From an uncultured delta proteobacterium (lineage in GTDB: Bacteria > Desulfobacterota > RBG-13-43-22): a DNA stretch of 64,000 nt. A model generated the notes under the pieces. It was not told the DNA's origin. It searched no databases and was given only the letters and a program-made list of their open reading frames with translations. The stretch is taken from assembly GCA_963821645.1 (NCBI GenBank), contig CAWGEQ010000039.1, positions 76,402-140,401 on the forward strand. Reading direction: 5' to 3'. Positions 1 through 10,196 of this stretch are shown here, one piece after another (the first letter of the stretch is position 1; the number at the start of each line of letters is the position of its first letter). Position numbers and translations under genes: made by a program.

Positions 1-499
1 GATAGGAAACCAGTCCGGCCTGTTTTAAGGCCTGAGCCATCTCCGGCGTGAGCAGCCCCAGAGAGACACAGGGGCTGATTTTACCTTCCTGGGTCAGGGT
101 TGCAATAACTTGGCAGACCCGTTCTAATTCTTCCGAATTGGATAAGGAGCGCCCGCTGGTGACGATGCCGAACCGGCCAGCCCTGCTCTCAAAGGCCTTT
201 TGGGCCGAATCAAGCATTTCCTCAACCTCCAACAGGGGGTAATGGGGAGCCTCCGTTGGATAACGGGAGGATTGGGCACAAAAGGCACAGTCTTCGGAAC
301 AGCGCCCCGACTTGGCATTGACAATGGCGCATAAATCAACGATCGCCCCTTTATATTTCTGCCTGATTTTATTGGCCCAGAAAATAAGATCGAATATCTG
401 TTCCGGTCCATTCATTTCAGCCAACCGCCCGGCTTCGGCCTGATAAAGGCCCTCTCCGGACAAAACTTTTTCTCCCAATTGCTCTATGATGTTTTTCAA
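1..499 (-). CDS. bioB: Biotin synthase (radical SAM), partial; 3' end runs off the window
   Basis: Manual minus-strand translation from TTG at 499 gives LCAIVNAKSGRCSEDCAFCAQS (CxxxCxxC) and RFGIVTSG, typical of BioB. Not in the supplied ORF track. Confidence 0.92.
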   Translation of the reverse strand, partial: MKNIIEQLGEKVLSGEGLYQAEAGRLAEMNGPEQIFDLIFWANKIRQKYKGAIVDLCAIVNAKSGRCSEDCAFCAQSSRYPTEAPHYPLLEVEEMLDSAQKAFESRAGRFGIVTSGRSLSNSEELERVCQVIATLTQEGKISPCVSLGLLTPEMAQALKQAGLVSY

Positions 500-513
500 A
501 AACCCCCCCGAGA

Positions 514-541
514 GTTAACCGATCAAAAATTATTGGTTAAC
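514..541. promoter_or_regulatory. Putative BirA biotin operator
   Basis: Palindrome GTTAACC-N14-GGTTAAC 15 bp upstream of the bioB start; matches the spaced-dyad form of known BirA sites. Confidence 0.75.
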
Positions 542-652
542 CTTTATACGAAAGATGAAACCGGCTTGTCAAGAAAGAATCCCTTTCTTCTTGACCCCCC
601 GGCCCTTTCCCTCTTATACTCCTTTTTCAAAAACAAGGCCGAAGGAGGCCAA

Positions 653-1612
653 ATGTCCGATTGTCCAATACCTGATCCCTCATTATTCGGCCCGGAGTCC
701 GTTGCCCAAGAAACAACTAAATTTAATGAAGACATCCATCGGGTCCTTTCAAAACTCCCACCTACCTACACCCTGGCCCCTCAGGTCCTCCGTGAGGCCA
801 GGCAGCGGGGTGAAGGTCTGTGGCCCATGAAGCGCCTTAAGGAGGTCGAGGATCGATCCATTCCCGGCCCGGCGGGAGAGATCCCTCTGCGTGTCTGCTT
901 CCCCAAGAAGGTAAAAGGGGTTTATCTGCATTTCCATGGCGGGGGCTTTATGCTCGGCCGTGCCCATCACTCCGATGAAGACTGCTTTAAAATAGCCCAT
1001 ACCTGTCAGGTGGTGACCATAAGCGTGGACTATAGGCTGGCCCCTGAAAATCCCTTTCCGGCAGGGCTCGACGATTGTGAAGCCGTTGCCGTCTGGCTCG
1101 TAGAGCACATGGGCGCGGAATTTGGCACAGAGAGGCTCCTGATTGGCGGAGAATCGGCCGGTGCCACCTTGAGCGTAGCGACCCTGGTGAGGATGAGGGA
1201 TAAACATGGATTTACCGGTTTTATCGGGGCAAACCTGGTTTACGGGGCCTATGACCTTTCGGGGACACCCAGTGCACGAAACTGGGGAGAGGAGAGGAAA
1301 TTGATCCTTACTTCAAAAACCATGGAGTGGTTTCACGAGAATTATGCCCCAAGGGAAAAATGGCGCGATCCATTCGTATCCCCGCTCTACGCCGATCTGC
1401 ACAACCTGCCGAGGGCCCTTTTTACCGTCGGCACACTCGACCCGCTTCTCGATGATTCTCTTTTTATGTGTTCCCGCTGGGGCGCTGCCGCTAACGAAGC
1501 TGAACTGGCCCTCTACCCCGGGGGCATCCATGCCTTTAATCTTTTTCCCACCGACCTGGCCGGAAAGGCCAATAATCGGATCGGGGATTTTATAAAAAGA
1601 TTGACAGGGTGA
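653..1612 (+). CDS. Alpha/beta hydrolase (HSL-family esterase/lipase)
   Basis: HGGG oxyanion motif, GESAG nucleophile elbow, DPLLDD and HAF; start set at ATG 653 after GAAGGAGG. Confidence 0.9.
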   Translation: MSDCPIPDPSLFGPESVAQETTKFNEDIHRVLSKLPPTYTLAPQVLREARQRGEGLWPMKRLKEVEDRSIPGPAGEIPLRVCFPKKVKGVYLHFHGGGFMLGRAHHSDEDCFKIAHTCQVVTISVDYRLAPENPFPAGLDDCEAVAVWLVEHMGAEFGTERLLIGGESAGATLSVATLVRMRDKHGFTGFIGANLVYGAYDLSGTPSARNWGEERKLILTSKTMEWFHENYAPREKWRDPFVSPLYADLHNLPRALFTVGTLDPLLDDSLFMCSRWGAAANEAELALYPGGIHAFNLFPTDLAGKANNRIGDFIKRLTG

Positions 1613-1653
1613 GCCGAGCCTATCCTCTTTCTTCTAAAAGTCGACTCGGCTCA
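1610..1653. terminator. Hairpin between convergent genes, possible bidirectional terminator
   Basis: Inverted repeat TGAGCCGAG...CTCGGCTCA. Confidence 0.45.
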
Positions 1654-1675
1654 TGGGCGGCGATTCCCCTGTTTT

Positions 1676-2179
1676 TTAAAAGAAAAATCTGATCTCCCCG
1701 GCACATTTCCCGGTCTTGTGTATCAGGCAAGAATCCACCTGGGGATCGAAGCAGCATTCCAGGCCCAGCGCATCGAACCAGCACTTTATCCGGTAAAGAG
1801 GCCCGCAGAGGTATCGATCAATCGCTCCCAACCTCTTTATTCCTTCATAGGCGAAGCATTGCTGCATCTCCCATTGCAACCTGTTGTCGCCAGAGAAATT
1901 AGTGTTGAATTGCATAAAGTCCCCTTTGACTACTCCGAATAGGCCTTCGAAGACTTCTTTGAACCTTTCAAAGGTTTTAATTTCCCCTTTGTCTATCCCC
2001 AGGGCCTTGGATATTCTGGGAACCTCTATCGCGGACAATGATTTGATAGAGGCCAGGTTTAAGGCGTTGGCCTTTTCAATACCAAGTTGTTGCAGACAAT
2101 TGGCGAACCACATGCCGTCATGGGTCATCCAGCATTTGATCAGGAGTTCTTTGAGCTCGTCTTTTTCGAGTAATTTCAT
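1676..2179 (-). CDS. DUF6125-like conserved protein
   Basis: N-terminal WMTHDGMWF motif and C-terminal cysteines; GGAGG RBS. Confidence 0.6.
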   Translation of the reverse strand: MKLLEKDELKELLIKCWMTHDGMWFANCLQQLGIEKANALNLASIKSLSAIEVPRISKALGIDKGEIKTFERFKEVFEGLFGVVKGDFMQFNTNFSGDNRLQWEMQQCFAYEGIKRLGAIDRYLCGPLYRIKCWFDALGLECCFDPQVDSCLIHKTGKCAGEIRFFF

Positions 2180-2274
2180 AGACAGGCCTCCATCCCGGAT
2201 TTAATTATCGTTCACCTATGTTAACCTTGATTTAAGCAAGGAGAAAGACCGCCCGATAATAACGGTATCAATCC

Positions 2275-3450
2275 TTAATCTGAAGAAGACCGGATTAAGT
2301 TGGAAACCAGAAAGGCCATGGCGGCCAGGAAGGCGGCCGGTACGCAAACCGCCCACAAACCTAAGCCTACTGAATGGTGATCGGCTATATAGCCGATTAA
2401 AACCGGGGCCGTGGTGGCCAGGGCATAGCCCATGGTGGTAATGATACCCAAGGCCAATCCTTTAAAATCGGAAAAGATCAAACCGGTTGAGGTCCACAGG
2501 GCGCCCATGACCCCGGAGCCGATGAAACCGGCCAGAAGGATAAATAAACCCTGAAAGGCCGGCTGTTTTACTTCCAGGGCCAGGATAAGGAAAAAAGTCA
2601 GGGCCAAACCGCTGACCGTTCCCACCCGATGATAGCCGACTTTGTCGGATATCCAGCCCAGGACAGGCCGCCCGACAAACTGACCCAACCCGTATAAACC
2701 GGCCATGATCCCGGCAACCGCAGTGGTCAGTCTTAGCTCCAATTCCAAATAGGCCGGATACCACATGGTGAATCCGAATTCGGCCGAGATCTGGAAGGCT
2801 GCCACCAGGCCTAAGAGGATCAGCATGAGGAGACGGCCCGATTTTAAAAGGCCCTTTTTGAAATAGGGACCTGAGGGTCTCTGGATATTCAGCTTGGGCC
2901 AGAAAAGAAAAAGTAATCCACTCAGGGCCAGTCCGATCACACCGGTCACCCAGAACGGGGTTCGCCAGTTGCCCGTGGCATTCAGAAGCCAACCGGCCAG
3001 GGCCGGGCCGACAAACCAGCCCAGGGAAGACCCGGAGGACATAAGGGTCAAAAAAAATCCGGGACGCTCCGGGAAAAGCTCCAGGGTAAAAGCCAGCAGG
3101 GGGATAAAAAAGAAGGCTTCGGTAACGCCGGTGAAAAAGCGGGCTACGAATAACTGGTTGGAGCTTCGAGCCAGCCCGCAAAGAACCGTCAGACTGGAAA
3201 GACCGATGAGGCCGAACAAAATGGCTTGTTTGCGGCCAAAGCGGTCCGACAGCCAGCCAGCCAGGATAGGCGTCAGCATATACCCCATGATGGAGGCAGA
3301 GCCTATTGTCCCGACCGTGGTTTTACTGATTTGAAACTCTTTGATCAAGGCCGGGATGACCGGTCCGAAAATCCAGCGCTGGGTGAAATAAAGGACCATT
3401 CCCAACCAGCCCAGGAAGAAAAAGGTCCATTTATTACGATTAATGATCAT
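2275..3450 (-). CDS. MFS transporter
   Basis: About 12 hydrophobic segments; motif A GWLSDRFGRK and its repeat GWISDKVG. Confidence 0.92.
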   Translation of the reverse strand: MIINRNKWTFFFLGWLGMVLYFTQRWIFGPVIPALIKEFQISKTTVGTIGSASIMGYMLTPILAGWLSDRFGRKQAILFGLIGLSSLTVLCGLARSSNQLFVARFFTGVTEAFFFIPLLAFTLELFPERPGFFLTLMSSGSSLGWFVGPALAGWLLNATGNWRTPFWVTGVIGLALSGLLFLFWPKLNIQRPSGPYFKKGLLKSGRLLMLILLGLVAAFQISAEFGFTMWYPAYLELELRLTTAVAGIMAGLYGLGQFVGRPVLGWISDKVGYHRVGTVSGLALTFFLILALEVKQPAFQGLFILLAGFIGSGVMGALWTSTGLIFSDFKGLALGIITTMGYALATTAPVLIGYIADHHSVGLGLWAVCVPAAFLAAMAFLVSNLIRSSSD

Positions 3451-3507
3451 TCATAAAATTCAATTACTCCCGATCAACTATCTGGGACTGGTCAAATCTT
3501 GTATGAT

Positions 3508-3692
3508 GATCCTGGATGCTTGATCCTAGATACTGGATAAAATCCTGACACCTCGACCCAATCAAATGAATTATTCGGCACATTAACGTAGTTCAATATC
3601 TTCGCTCTATCCCTTCAACTTTTTCCGCATCCGAACACTCGAATTGCCGAAACTTCGATATCCAGTATCCAGCATCAAGTATCCAGTATCTC
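3508..3692. repeat. Inverted pair of heptamer-period tandem arrays (GATACTG/GATGCTG type)
   Basis: Left arm gatcctg-gatgctt-gatccta-gatactg at ~3508-3538; complementary arm tccagta-tccagca-tcaagta-tccagta at ~3659-3692. Confidence 0.75.
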
Positions 3693-3697
3693 CCAAT

Positions 3698-4198
3698 CTA
3701 TCCCTTCACCCTGCCGAAGAGAGACCGATAGGTTCGGCACCGGTCAAACTTTAAGTAAGGAATTACTTCGGCCGTGGCCTCATCGCTTAAGGGGAGAAAT
3801 TTTCCCTTGGCCCGGAGGCACTCTGTCCCGTTGTGGAGCAGTTCTCCTTGACAATAAGCGATGCGGCCGCCATCCTTGACCAGACGGCCGATGACCTCGA
3901 TTTCTTCTTTTACAGGTATCGGAAACAGATATTTTATGGTCAGCTCACCGGTCACATAAAAAGGGTGCCTTTGGCTGAAGACCGTGGCCGCCCAGCCCAT
4001 GGTCTCATCAAGGAGCCCTGACAGGACCCCGCCGTGGGCGATGTCCCTGTAGCCGTTAAGATGTTGGGGCAGGGTGAGACGGGTCCTGACTGTGTCACCC
4101 TGGACAAAAAAACGGGTCCGGGCCCCGCAGGCGTTTTCATCGCCGCACAAAAAACAGCCGGTCGAATGGGGGAGATATTCGCGGCCTGATCCGGTCAT
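3698..4198 (-). CDS. PaaI-family hotdog thioesterase
   Basis: CFLCG..N..G and HGGVLSGLLDE motifs. Confidence 0.88.
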   Translation of the reverse strand: MTGSGREYLPHSTGCFLCGDENACGARTRFFVQGDTVRTRLTLPQHLNGYRDIAHGGVLSGLLDETMGWAATVFSQRHPFYVTGELTIKYLFPIPVKEEIEVIGRLVKDGGRIAYCQGELLHNGTECLRAKGKFLPLSDEATAEVIPYLKFDRCRTYRSLFGRVKG

Positions 4199-4210
4199 AA
4201 GAAATCCCTT

Positions 4211-4632
4211 CTATAGATGCTTGATGCGGTTCTCGATATTGGCCAGGTCGGAACCGGCATTCGGTTCGAAAAAACAGGTGCAGCCGATCTTTTTGGCCCG
4301 GACCAGGTCGCTGACATACCGGTCCCTGGCTTGGGGGGTTCCCTATTCCATGATGGTATAAGGGACGGTCATGGCCTGGAGGTTGAATAAAGGCCTGAGC
4401 CCTGAATCGGCCCGGGAGATCTCTTTGCAGACGACCGAATGGGCCAGGAAACCGGCCTGTGACCCTCCATAGCGGGCAGGAAAGGCGCAACCGAAAAACC
4501 CCTGTTCGCCCGTTTTAGTCACCAGGTCCCGGTCAAACCCTCCTCCCGGGCCCTGGGCACGATCTCCTTTTGGGCAAAACGACGGAACGTTTCCCGGATC
4601 CCCTGGATCTCTTCGCTTAAGTCAAAATTCAT
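4211..4632 (-). pseudogene. Truncated acyl-CoA dehydrogenase remnant (N-terminal part only)
   Basis: Manual translation MNFDLSEEIQGIRETFRRFAQKEIVP...FPARYGG...EISRADSG...EPNAGSDL, with frameshifts, an internal TAG and truncation. Confidence 0.8.
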
Positions 4633-4743
4633 CGTCGATCTCCCCAGAGTTTTTCTGCTTGACAATCGGTACCAATCATTCCAGAATTTATATCATAGAA
4701 TATTTGATTAATAAATTAATTAAAAAAGAATAGGGGATTCCCG

Positions 4744-5478
4744 ATGGCCAAAAGAAAAGGGATGGGTCCAAAACCCGACGATTTCCAACATGACCACCCC
4801 CTGAAACAGGAAATCAGCCAGGAAGAATCCCCGGTAGACGTAGCCTACAAGAAGATCAAAGAGATGATGTATCATCACGAGATCGTGCCGGGTCAAAAGC
4901 TGCTTTATCAGGAACTGGCCAAAAAGCTCCACATGAGCATCACTCCCATCATTCAAGCCCTCAACCGCTTGCAGCTTTTAAAAATCGTTTATTCGGAGCG
5001 GAACAAAGGCTATTATGTTGGAGAGACCGATCCGGTAGAAGCCGAAGAACTGTTTATTGCACGGGAGGCCCTGGAAACCTTTTTAGTACCGACGATTATC
5101 GAGAAATTAACGGAGGCCAAGCTCGATTCCATCGAAAAGGCCATGCGAGAACATGTGAAGGCGGTTTCTTTTCCTCAGTACCGTCGTTCCATGTTGATCA
5201 TCGATACCAACTATCACCTGGAAATTATTAAATGCGCCGAAAATAAAGTGATCTATGATTACTGCAAGGTGATCTTCGAACGGGTTTATTTAAAGTACCG
5301 CCCGGAATATATGCAGGAAAAAAGGTTAAAAGATGCAGCCAAAGAACACCGCCTGCTTTTTGAGGCCCTGAAGAACAGGGACGTAAAAAAAACCAGACGA
5401 CTGATCAAAAATCATATCCGGGCCGGCCGGGAACACATCGTCGGCAGCCTTTGGCAGGACAGAGACCTGAAATTATAG
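4744..5478 (+). CDS. GntR-family transcriptional regulator (FCD domain)
   Basis: wHTH PGQKL..ELAKKLHMSITPI; C-terminal EHRLLFEALKNRD. Confidence 0.9.
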   Translation: MAKRKGMGPKPDDFQHDHPLKQEISQEESPVDVAYKKIKEMMYHHEIVPGQKLLYQELAKKLHMSITPIIQALNRLQLLKIVYSERNKGYYVGETDPVEAEELFIAREALETFLVPTIIEKLTEAKLDSIEKAMREHVKAVSFPQYRRSMLIIDTNYHLEIIKCAENKVIYDYCKVIFERVYLKYRPEYMQEKRLKDAAKEHRLLFEALKNRDVKKTRRLIKNHIRAGREHIVGSLWQDRDLKL

Positions 5479-5636
5479 ACGGCCGGCGCCTAACCTTCCC
5501 TTCCGGGAATTGAAATTCGCTCCCTAATCCCGCTGAAGACGGGATCACGCCGTTGACCTGACGGGGAATGCGCTCGCCTACCCTGTTAAATCAGGACCGT
5601 AAAAAACATTCCTCAAAATTTTCCCTTGTTTTTCCT

Positions 5637-5665
5637 TTGACACCAGGGACCTTAAAATTTACAAT
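5637..5665 (+). promoter_or_regulatory. Sigma70-type promoter
   Basis: TTGACA-N17-TACAAT upstream of the ABM gene. Confidence 0.65.
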
Positions 5666-5727
5666 GCCCAAAATGAAGGTTTAACCTTCGCTTAAGTAAG
5701 TCCCAAAAAAAACGAGGAGGACAACCG

Positions 5728-6021
5728 ATGATCGCAGTCATAGCCAGGATCCCGGTCAAGGAAGAAAAGCTGAACGAAGCCGTCGAGGCTTTCAAACAAT
5801 TGATGACAGAAGTGGCCAAAGAAGAAGGGAACCTTTATTATACCCTGAATGTCTCCAAATCCGACCCGCACACCCTGGTAGTTATGGAGCGGTACAAAGA
5901 CAAAGAGGCTTTGGCCGCTCATTCCGCCACCCCCCATTTTAAAGCCTTTTCAGCCAAAGGCGCTGAACTTTTCGCCGGTAAACCGGAGATCACCGTTTTA
6001 AACGAGTTGGCCTCGGTTTGA
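5728..6021 (+). CDS. ABM-domain protein (putative quinol monooxygenase)
   Basis: EEGNLYY...ERYKDKEALAAHSATPHF; GAGGAGG RBS. Confidence 0.88.
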   Translation: MIAVIARIPVKEEKLNEAVEAFKQLMTEVAKEEGNLYYTLNVSKSDPHTLVVMERYKDKEALAAHSATPHFKAFSAKGAELFAGKPEITVLNELASV

Positions 6022-6108
6022 TCCGACTTGCCTTTTAGCTGAAAGCCTGGAAATGGTACCGACTGGTTGTTTATTGCCTTAACGGCCCAAGATCAAATAG
6101 AGGCTACC

Positions 6109-7308
6109 ATGCTGACCGATGATCAACTCCATCAATATGCCGAGGTGCTCTTCTGGGGATTGAAGACGGCCCGAAAGGACCGGTTCAAAAAAAAGGACCT
6201 TATCCTGATCCAGTATGACCCGGCGGCCGTCAAGCTGGCGGAAATCCTCTATGCGGGGATACTCGACCGGGGAATGAATCCGGTTCAGCGCATGGGCCTG
6301 ACCCAGGGGATGGAAACCGATTTTTATAAAACCGCGAAGGCCGGCCAGTTGGTCTTTATTCCGCCGGGAGATAAAGAATTATACGCGAATATCAACGGCC
6401 GGTTTTTCCTGAGGGCACCTGAATCGCTGACCCACCTTAAGGACATCGATTCGGCCCGGGTCGGAAAAGTCCTGGTTTCCCGAAAACCCTTGAGGGACAT
6501 CCTTGACCGACGGGAAGAAAAGGGGGCCTATAGCTGGACCCTCTGCACCTTTCCCACTAAGGAACTGGCCGGCCAGGCCAGAACGACCCTCCGTAAATAT
6601 ACCGACCAACTGATAACGGCCTGCTATCTCGACAAGGCGGATCCGGTCAGTGAGTGGATGGCCATCCATAAGAATGCCGGCAACATCAAAAAATGGCTCA
6701 ACGGCCTGAAGATCAAAACTCTCCACATCGAATCCTCCCATGTGGATTTGAAGATTACCCCCGGGGAAAGGAGGCGATGGAAAGGAATCTCCGGGCACAA
6801 TATTCCCAGCTTCGAAATGTTTTTTTCACCCGATTGGCGGGGGACCGAAGGAAACTATTATGCCAACCTGCCTTCCTTCCGGAGCGGGAATTTTGTTGAA
6901 GACCTGCACATCACCTTTGAAAAAGGTTCGCTGGTCAAGGTGAAAGCCAGGACCGGCGAAGATTTTACCCGAAAACAGATCGCCATGGACCCGGGCGCTT
7001 CCAGGGTGGGGGAGTTCTCCCTGACGGATAAACGTTTTTCACGGATCAACCGCTTTATGGCCGATACCCTTTTCGATGAAAATTTCGGCGGGGACCATGG
7101 GAATTGTCATCTCGCCCTCGGGGCGTCCTACACCGACACCTTTGATGGAAATCCGGCGGAGATGACCAAAGAATTAAAAAAGAAGCTGGGGTTTAACGAT
7201 TCCGCCCTTCACTGGGACCTGGTGAATACGGAGGACAAGACCGTGACGGCCCATCTAAAAACCGGGAAGAAACTGATTATTTATGAGAAGGGGATGTTTA
7301 CATTCTAA
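6109..7308 (+). CDS. Aminopeptidase, M29 (AmpS/AmpT) family
   Basis: NIPSFE, GEFSL, TLFDEN, HLALG and SALHWD motifs. Confidence 0.9.
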   Translation: MLTDDQLHQYAEVLFWGLKTARKDRFKKKDLILIQYDPAAVKLAEILYAGILDRGMNPVQRMGLTQGMETDFYKTAKAGQLVFIPPGDKELYANINGRFFLRAPESLTHLKDIDSARVGKVLVSRKPLRDILDRREEKGAYSWTLCTFPTKELAGQARTTLRKYTDQLITACYLDKADPVSEWMAIHKNAGNIKKWLNGLKIKTLHIESSHVDLKITPGERRRWKGISGHNIPSFEMFFSPDWRGTEGNYYANLPSFRSGNFVEDLHITFEKGSLVKVKARTGEDFTRKQIAMDPGASRVGEFSLTDKRFSRINRFMADTLFDENFGGDHGNCHLALGASYTDTFDGNPAEMTKELKKKLGFNDSALHWDLVNTEDKTVTAHLKTGKKLIIYEKGMFTF

Positions 7309-7370
7309 CAACGCTCGTCTGAAAATTGTTCTTATTTTTCTAAAACGCGAGAACAACCGCTTCTGCGGAA

Positions 7371-7446
7371 TGATACTGGATGCTGGATACTTGATAAACC
7401 CTTTGTCTCGGACCGATTAAGTGAATTATCCAGCATCCAGTATCAT
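7371..7446. repeat. Inverted heptamer-array hairpin
   Basis: tgatactggatgctggata...tatccagcatccagtatca. Confidence 0.75.
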
Positions 7447-7462
7447 TTCAAAAGCGTGAACC

Positions 7463-8560
7463 TTGGAACCTCTTTGGGCCATAGCCGATCGATTTAAGCC
7501 GCCGGGCAAGGTACTCAACATCCAATCCTATGGGAGCGGTAATGTTAATGACACCTTCCTGGTAACGCTGGACGGACTGACGGAAAAACAATTTATTCTG
7601 CAACGTCTCAACACCAAGGTTTTTCGTCAACCCGAGTTGGTCATGCAGAACATCAGGATTTTCAGCGAGCATATTCATAAGCACCGTCAATCTCCATCTG
7701 CACTCACAAGCCGCCGCTGGGAGGTGCCGCGCCTGCTGCTGACGGAAGATGGCCGGGACCACATAATCGACGCCGACGGTTCCTTCTGGCGGGCCTTCAG
7801 TTTTATTGACCATGCCCGGACCTATGATACCGTCCAAAATGTCCAGCATGCCCGTGAAGTCGGTTATGCCCTGGCCAGGTTTCACGGTCTGGTCAACGAC
7901 CTGCCCGTTGACCGATTAGCCGACACGCTGGAAGGGTTCCACATTACGCCGGGCTACTTGGATCACTATGATCGAGTCCTGACGGAATGGCGACCGAAAA
8001 AATCCCCCGAAGTGGACTATGGCTTGTTTTTTATCGGTAAACGCCGGATAGAGGCCGGCGTCCTCGAAGAGGCCAAAAATCAAGGTCGTCTGCATCTTCG
8101 CCCGATCCACGGCGATCCCAAGGTCAACAATGTCCTGATCGACCGGGATACCTGGCAGGCCGTCGGCCTTGTTGACTTAGACACCATCAAACCCGGCTTG
8201 GTGCATTATGATATCGGCGACTGCCTCCGCTCCTGCTGCAATCCCCTGGGAGAAGACACTGAATACTGGGAGACGGTTCGTTTCGAAACCGACTTTTGCC
8301 GGGCCATCCTGCAAGGTTATCTGCCCGAAGCCGGGGATTTTCTTGAAGACAACGACTACGAATATCTGTTTGAGGCCGTCCGTCTGATCGCCTTCGAGCT
8401 GGGACTCCGGTTTTTCACCGATTATTTGGAAGGCAATGTTTACTTTAAGGTCGGACATGAGGAACAAAATCTTTTCCGGGCCCTCGTCCAATTCAAGCTC
8501 ACCGAGAGTATCGAATCCAAGGCAGCGGACATCCAGGCCCTCATACGGGACCTGAGATGA
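7463..8560 (+). CDS. APH/choline-kinase-superfamily phosphotransferase (N-acetylhexosamine-kinase-like)
   Basis: GSGNVNDTF, HGDPKVNN and DLDT motifs. Confidence 0.82.
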   Translation: MEPLWAIADRFKPPGKVLNIQSYGSGNVNDTFLVTLDGLTEKQFILQRLNTKVFRQPELVMQNIRIFSEHIHKHRQSPSALTSRRWEVPRLLLTEDGRDHIIDADGSFWRAFSFIDHARTYDTVQNVQHAREVGYALARFHGLVNDLPVDRLADTLEGFHITPGYLDHYDRVLTEWRPKKSPEVDYGLFFIGKRRIEAGVLEEAKNQGRLHLRPIHGDPKVNNVLIDRDTWQAVGLVDLDTIKPGLVHYDIGDCLRSCCNPLGEDTEYWETVRFETDFCRAILQGYLPEAGDFLEDNDYEYLFEAVRLIAFELGLRFFTDYLEGNVYFKVGHEEQNLFRALVQFKLTESIESKAADIQALIRDLR

Positions 8561-9096
8561 AGGTTCAAAACTTTACCCTCCAACCCTTTCCCGGGACGGA
8601 TTCTCTGCCCGATCTCGAAATTTCAGGGTTTCTCGCCAGACGGGCCAACACCCTGTCTATAGGCTACCTTCTCGTGGGCCATTTAATCGATATCGAGATC
8701 CCGGCATTGTCTAAACCGGCGGCCCGCAGGATCGGGCTGTGGGAAAAAACCTGTCTGGAATTTTTCCTGGCCCGAATCGGTTCTATGGGCTATTGGGAAT
8801 TTAACCTGTCTCCTTCCGGAGACTGGAATGTCTATCGTTTTGAAGTTTACCGGCAAGGTTTGTATGAAGAACCGGCCTTCGCGTCACTGCCCTTTAGTGT
8901 CCGGAAGCAGTCAGACTCCTTGCTGCTCGAGTTGGAATTCGATCTGGGCCTGATTCTCCCGTCGGACCAGACCCTGGAGGTGGCCGTCAGCGCGGTCATC
9001 AGGACCAGGGAGGGCCAGGAGACCTTCTGGGCCTTGACCCATCCCGGCGAAGCACCCGACTTCCACCACAGGAACGGTTTTATCGTCAAATTGTAA
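8557..9096 (+). CDS. DOMON-like domain protein
   Basis: LWEKTCLEFF, YWEFNLSPSGDW and PDFH motifs; ATGA overlap with the kinase gene. Confidence 0.7.
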   Translation: MKVQNFTLQPFPGTDSLPDLEISGFLARRANTLSIGYLLVGHLIDIEIPALSKPAARRIGLWEKTCLEFFLARIGSMGYWEFNLSPSGDWNVYRFEVYRQGLYEEPAFASLPFSVRKQSDSLLLELEFDLGLILPSDQTLEVAVSAVIRTREGQETFWALTHPGEAPDFHHRNGFIVKL

Positions 9097-9209
9097 GGAG
9101 AAAAAAATCAGGCCCTAGGCAATAGGCGCTTTCTCCGAACGAACCCCCAAAATATCCAGGGCATGGATAGCGATGGCGGCCCTTAAGACGAATTTTTAAC
9201 AAGGAGGAT

Positions 9210-10139
9210 GTGATGACAAAGAAGATGGTGATCGATAGAAAGATCCGGAAGGTAGTCAAAAGCAAACCCACTATCGAGGGGGCGGGGGTTCACCTGAGAC
9301 GGGCCTTTGGCCAGAACGAAGTTCCCGACCTTGATCCATTCCTGCTTCTGGATGATTTCCGGTCTGATGACCCGCGCCTTTATTTGAAGGGCTTCCCCTG
9401 GCACCCCCATCGAGGGATCGAAACGATAACCTACGTTCTTAACGGTCAAGTCGAACACGGAGATAGCTTGGATAATAAGGGGGTCATCGCCCCGGGGGAC
9501 GTTCAATGGATGACGGCCGGGAGCGGCATCATTCACCAGGAGATGCCTAAGGGGGATGCTTCCGGGCGCATGGGTGGCTTCCAGCTCTGGGCCAACCTTC
9601 CGGCGTCGCACAAGATGATGGACCCTCGTTATCGCGGGCTGACCAAAAATCAGATACCGGAAATCTCGGTCGAAAACGGGGTGACCATCAGGATCATTTG
9701 CGGCCGGATCGGAGACACAAAGGGTCCCGTTACCGATGTCGTCATCGACCCCGAGTATTTCGATGTGACCATCCCGGACCATTCCAATTTCATCCACCGG
9801 ACCAAACCGGGTCACACCGTCTTCGCCTATGTCATAGAAGGAGAAGGCTATTTTTGCCGGGAGAAGAATCCCTTCACCTATGAAATGGAAGGGGCCAACT
9901 ACTTCGATATGGAAAGGAACCCCGTGATCGGCAACAACAGTCTCGTGGTCTTCGATGACGGGGAGCAGATCGTGATTTCCACAGAGGAGAAAAAGGTGCG
10001 CTTCCTGCTGGTCTCCGGAAAACCGATCAATGAGCCGGTCGCCTGGTACGGACCCATAGTGATGAACACCCAGGAAGAATTACAGGTCGCCTTTGACGAA
10101 TATCGAAGAGGCACGTTCATAAAGCATGGCCGGGGGTAG
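9210..10139 (+). CDS. Pirin-family protein
   Basis: GFPWHPHRGIET, QWMTAGSGIIHQE and GPIVMN motifs. Confidence 0.95.
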   Translation: MMTKKMVIDRKIRKVVKSKPTIEGAGVHLRRAFGQNEVPDLDPFLLLDDFRSDDPRLYLKGFPWHPHRGIETITYVLNGQVEHGDSLDNKGVIAPGDVQWMTAGSGIIHQEMPKGDASGRMGGFQLWANLPASHKMMDPRYRGLTKNQIPEISVENGVTIRIICGRIGDTKGPVTDVVIDPEYFDVTIPDHSNFIHRTKPGHTVFAYVIEGEGYFCREKNPFTYEMEGANYFDMERNPVIGNNSLVVFDDGEQIVISTEEKKVRFLLVSGKPINEPVAWYGPIVMNTQEELQVAFDEYRRGTFIKHGRG

Positions 10140-10196
10140 CCCTTGCGTTCGGCAATCTCGGTCTGAGTCAGACCGGCAGCCGATCGGGGGCATCCA

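Noticed and set aside
479-652. N-terminal extension of the esterase ORF
   Set aside because: It overlaps the bioB start and operator; a strong RBS supports ATG 653.
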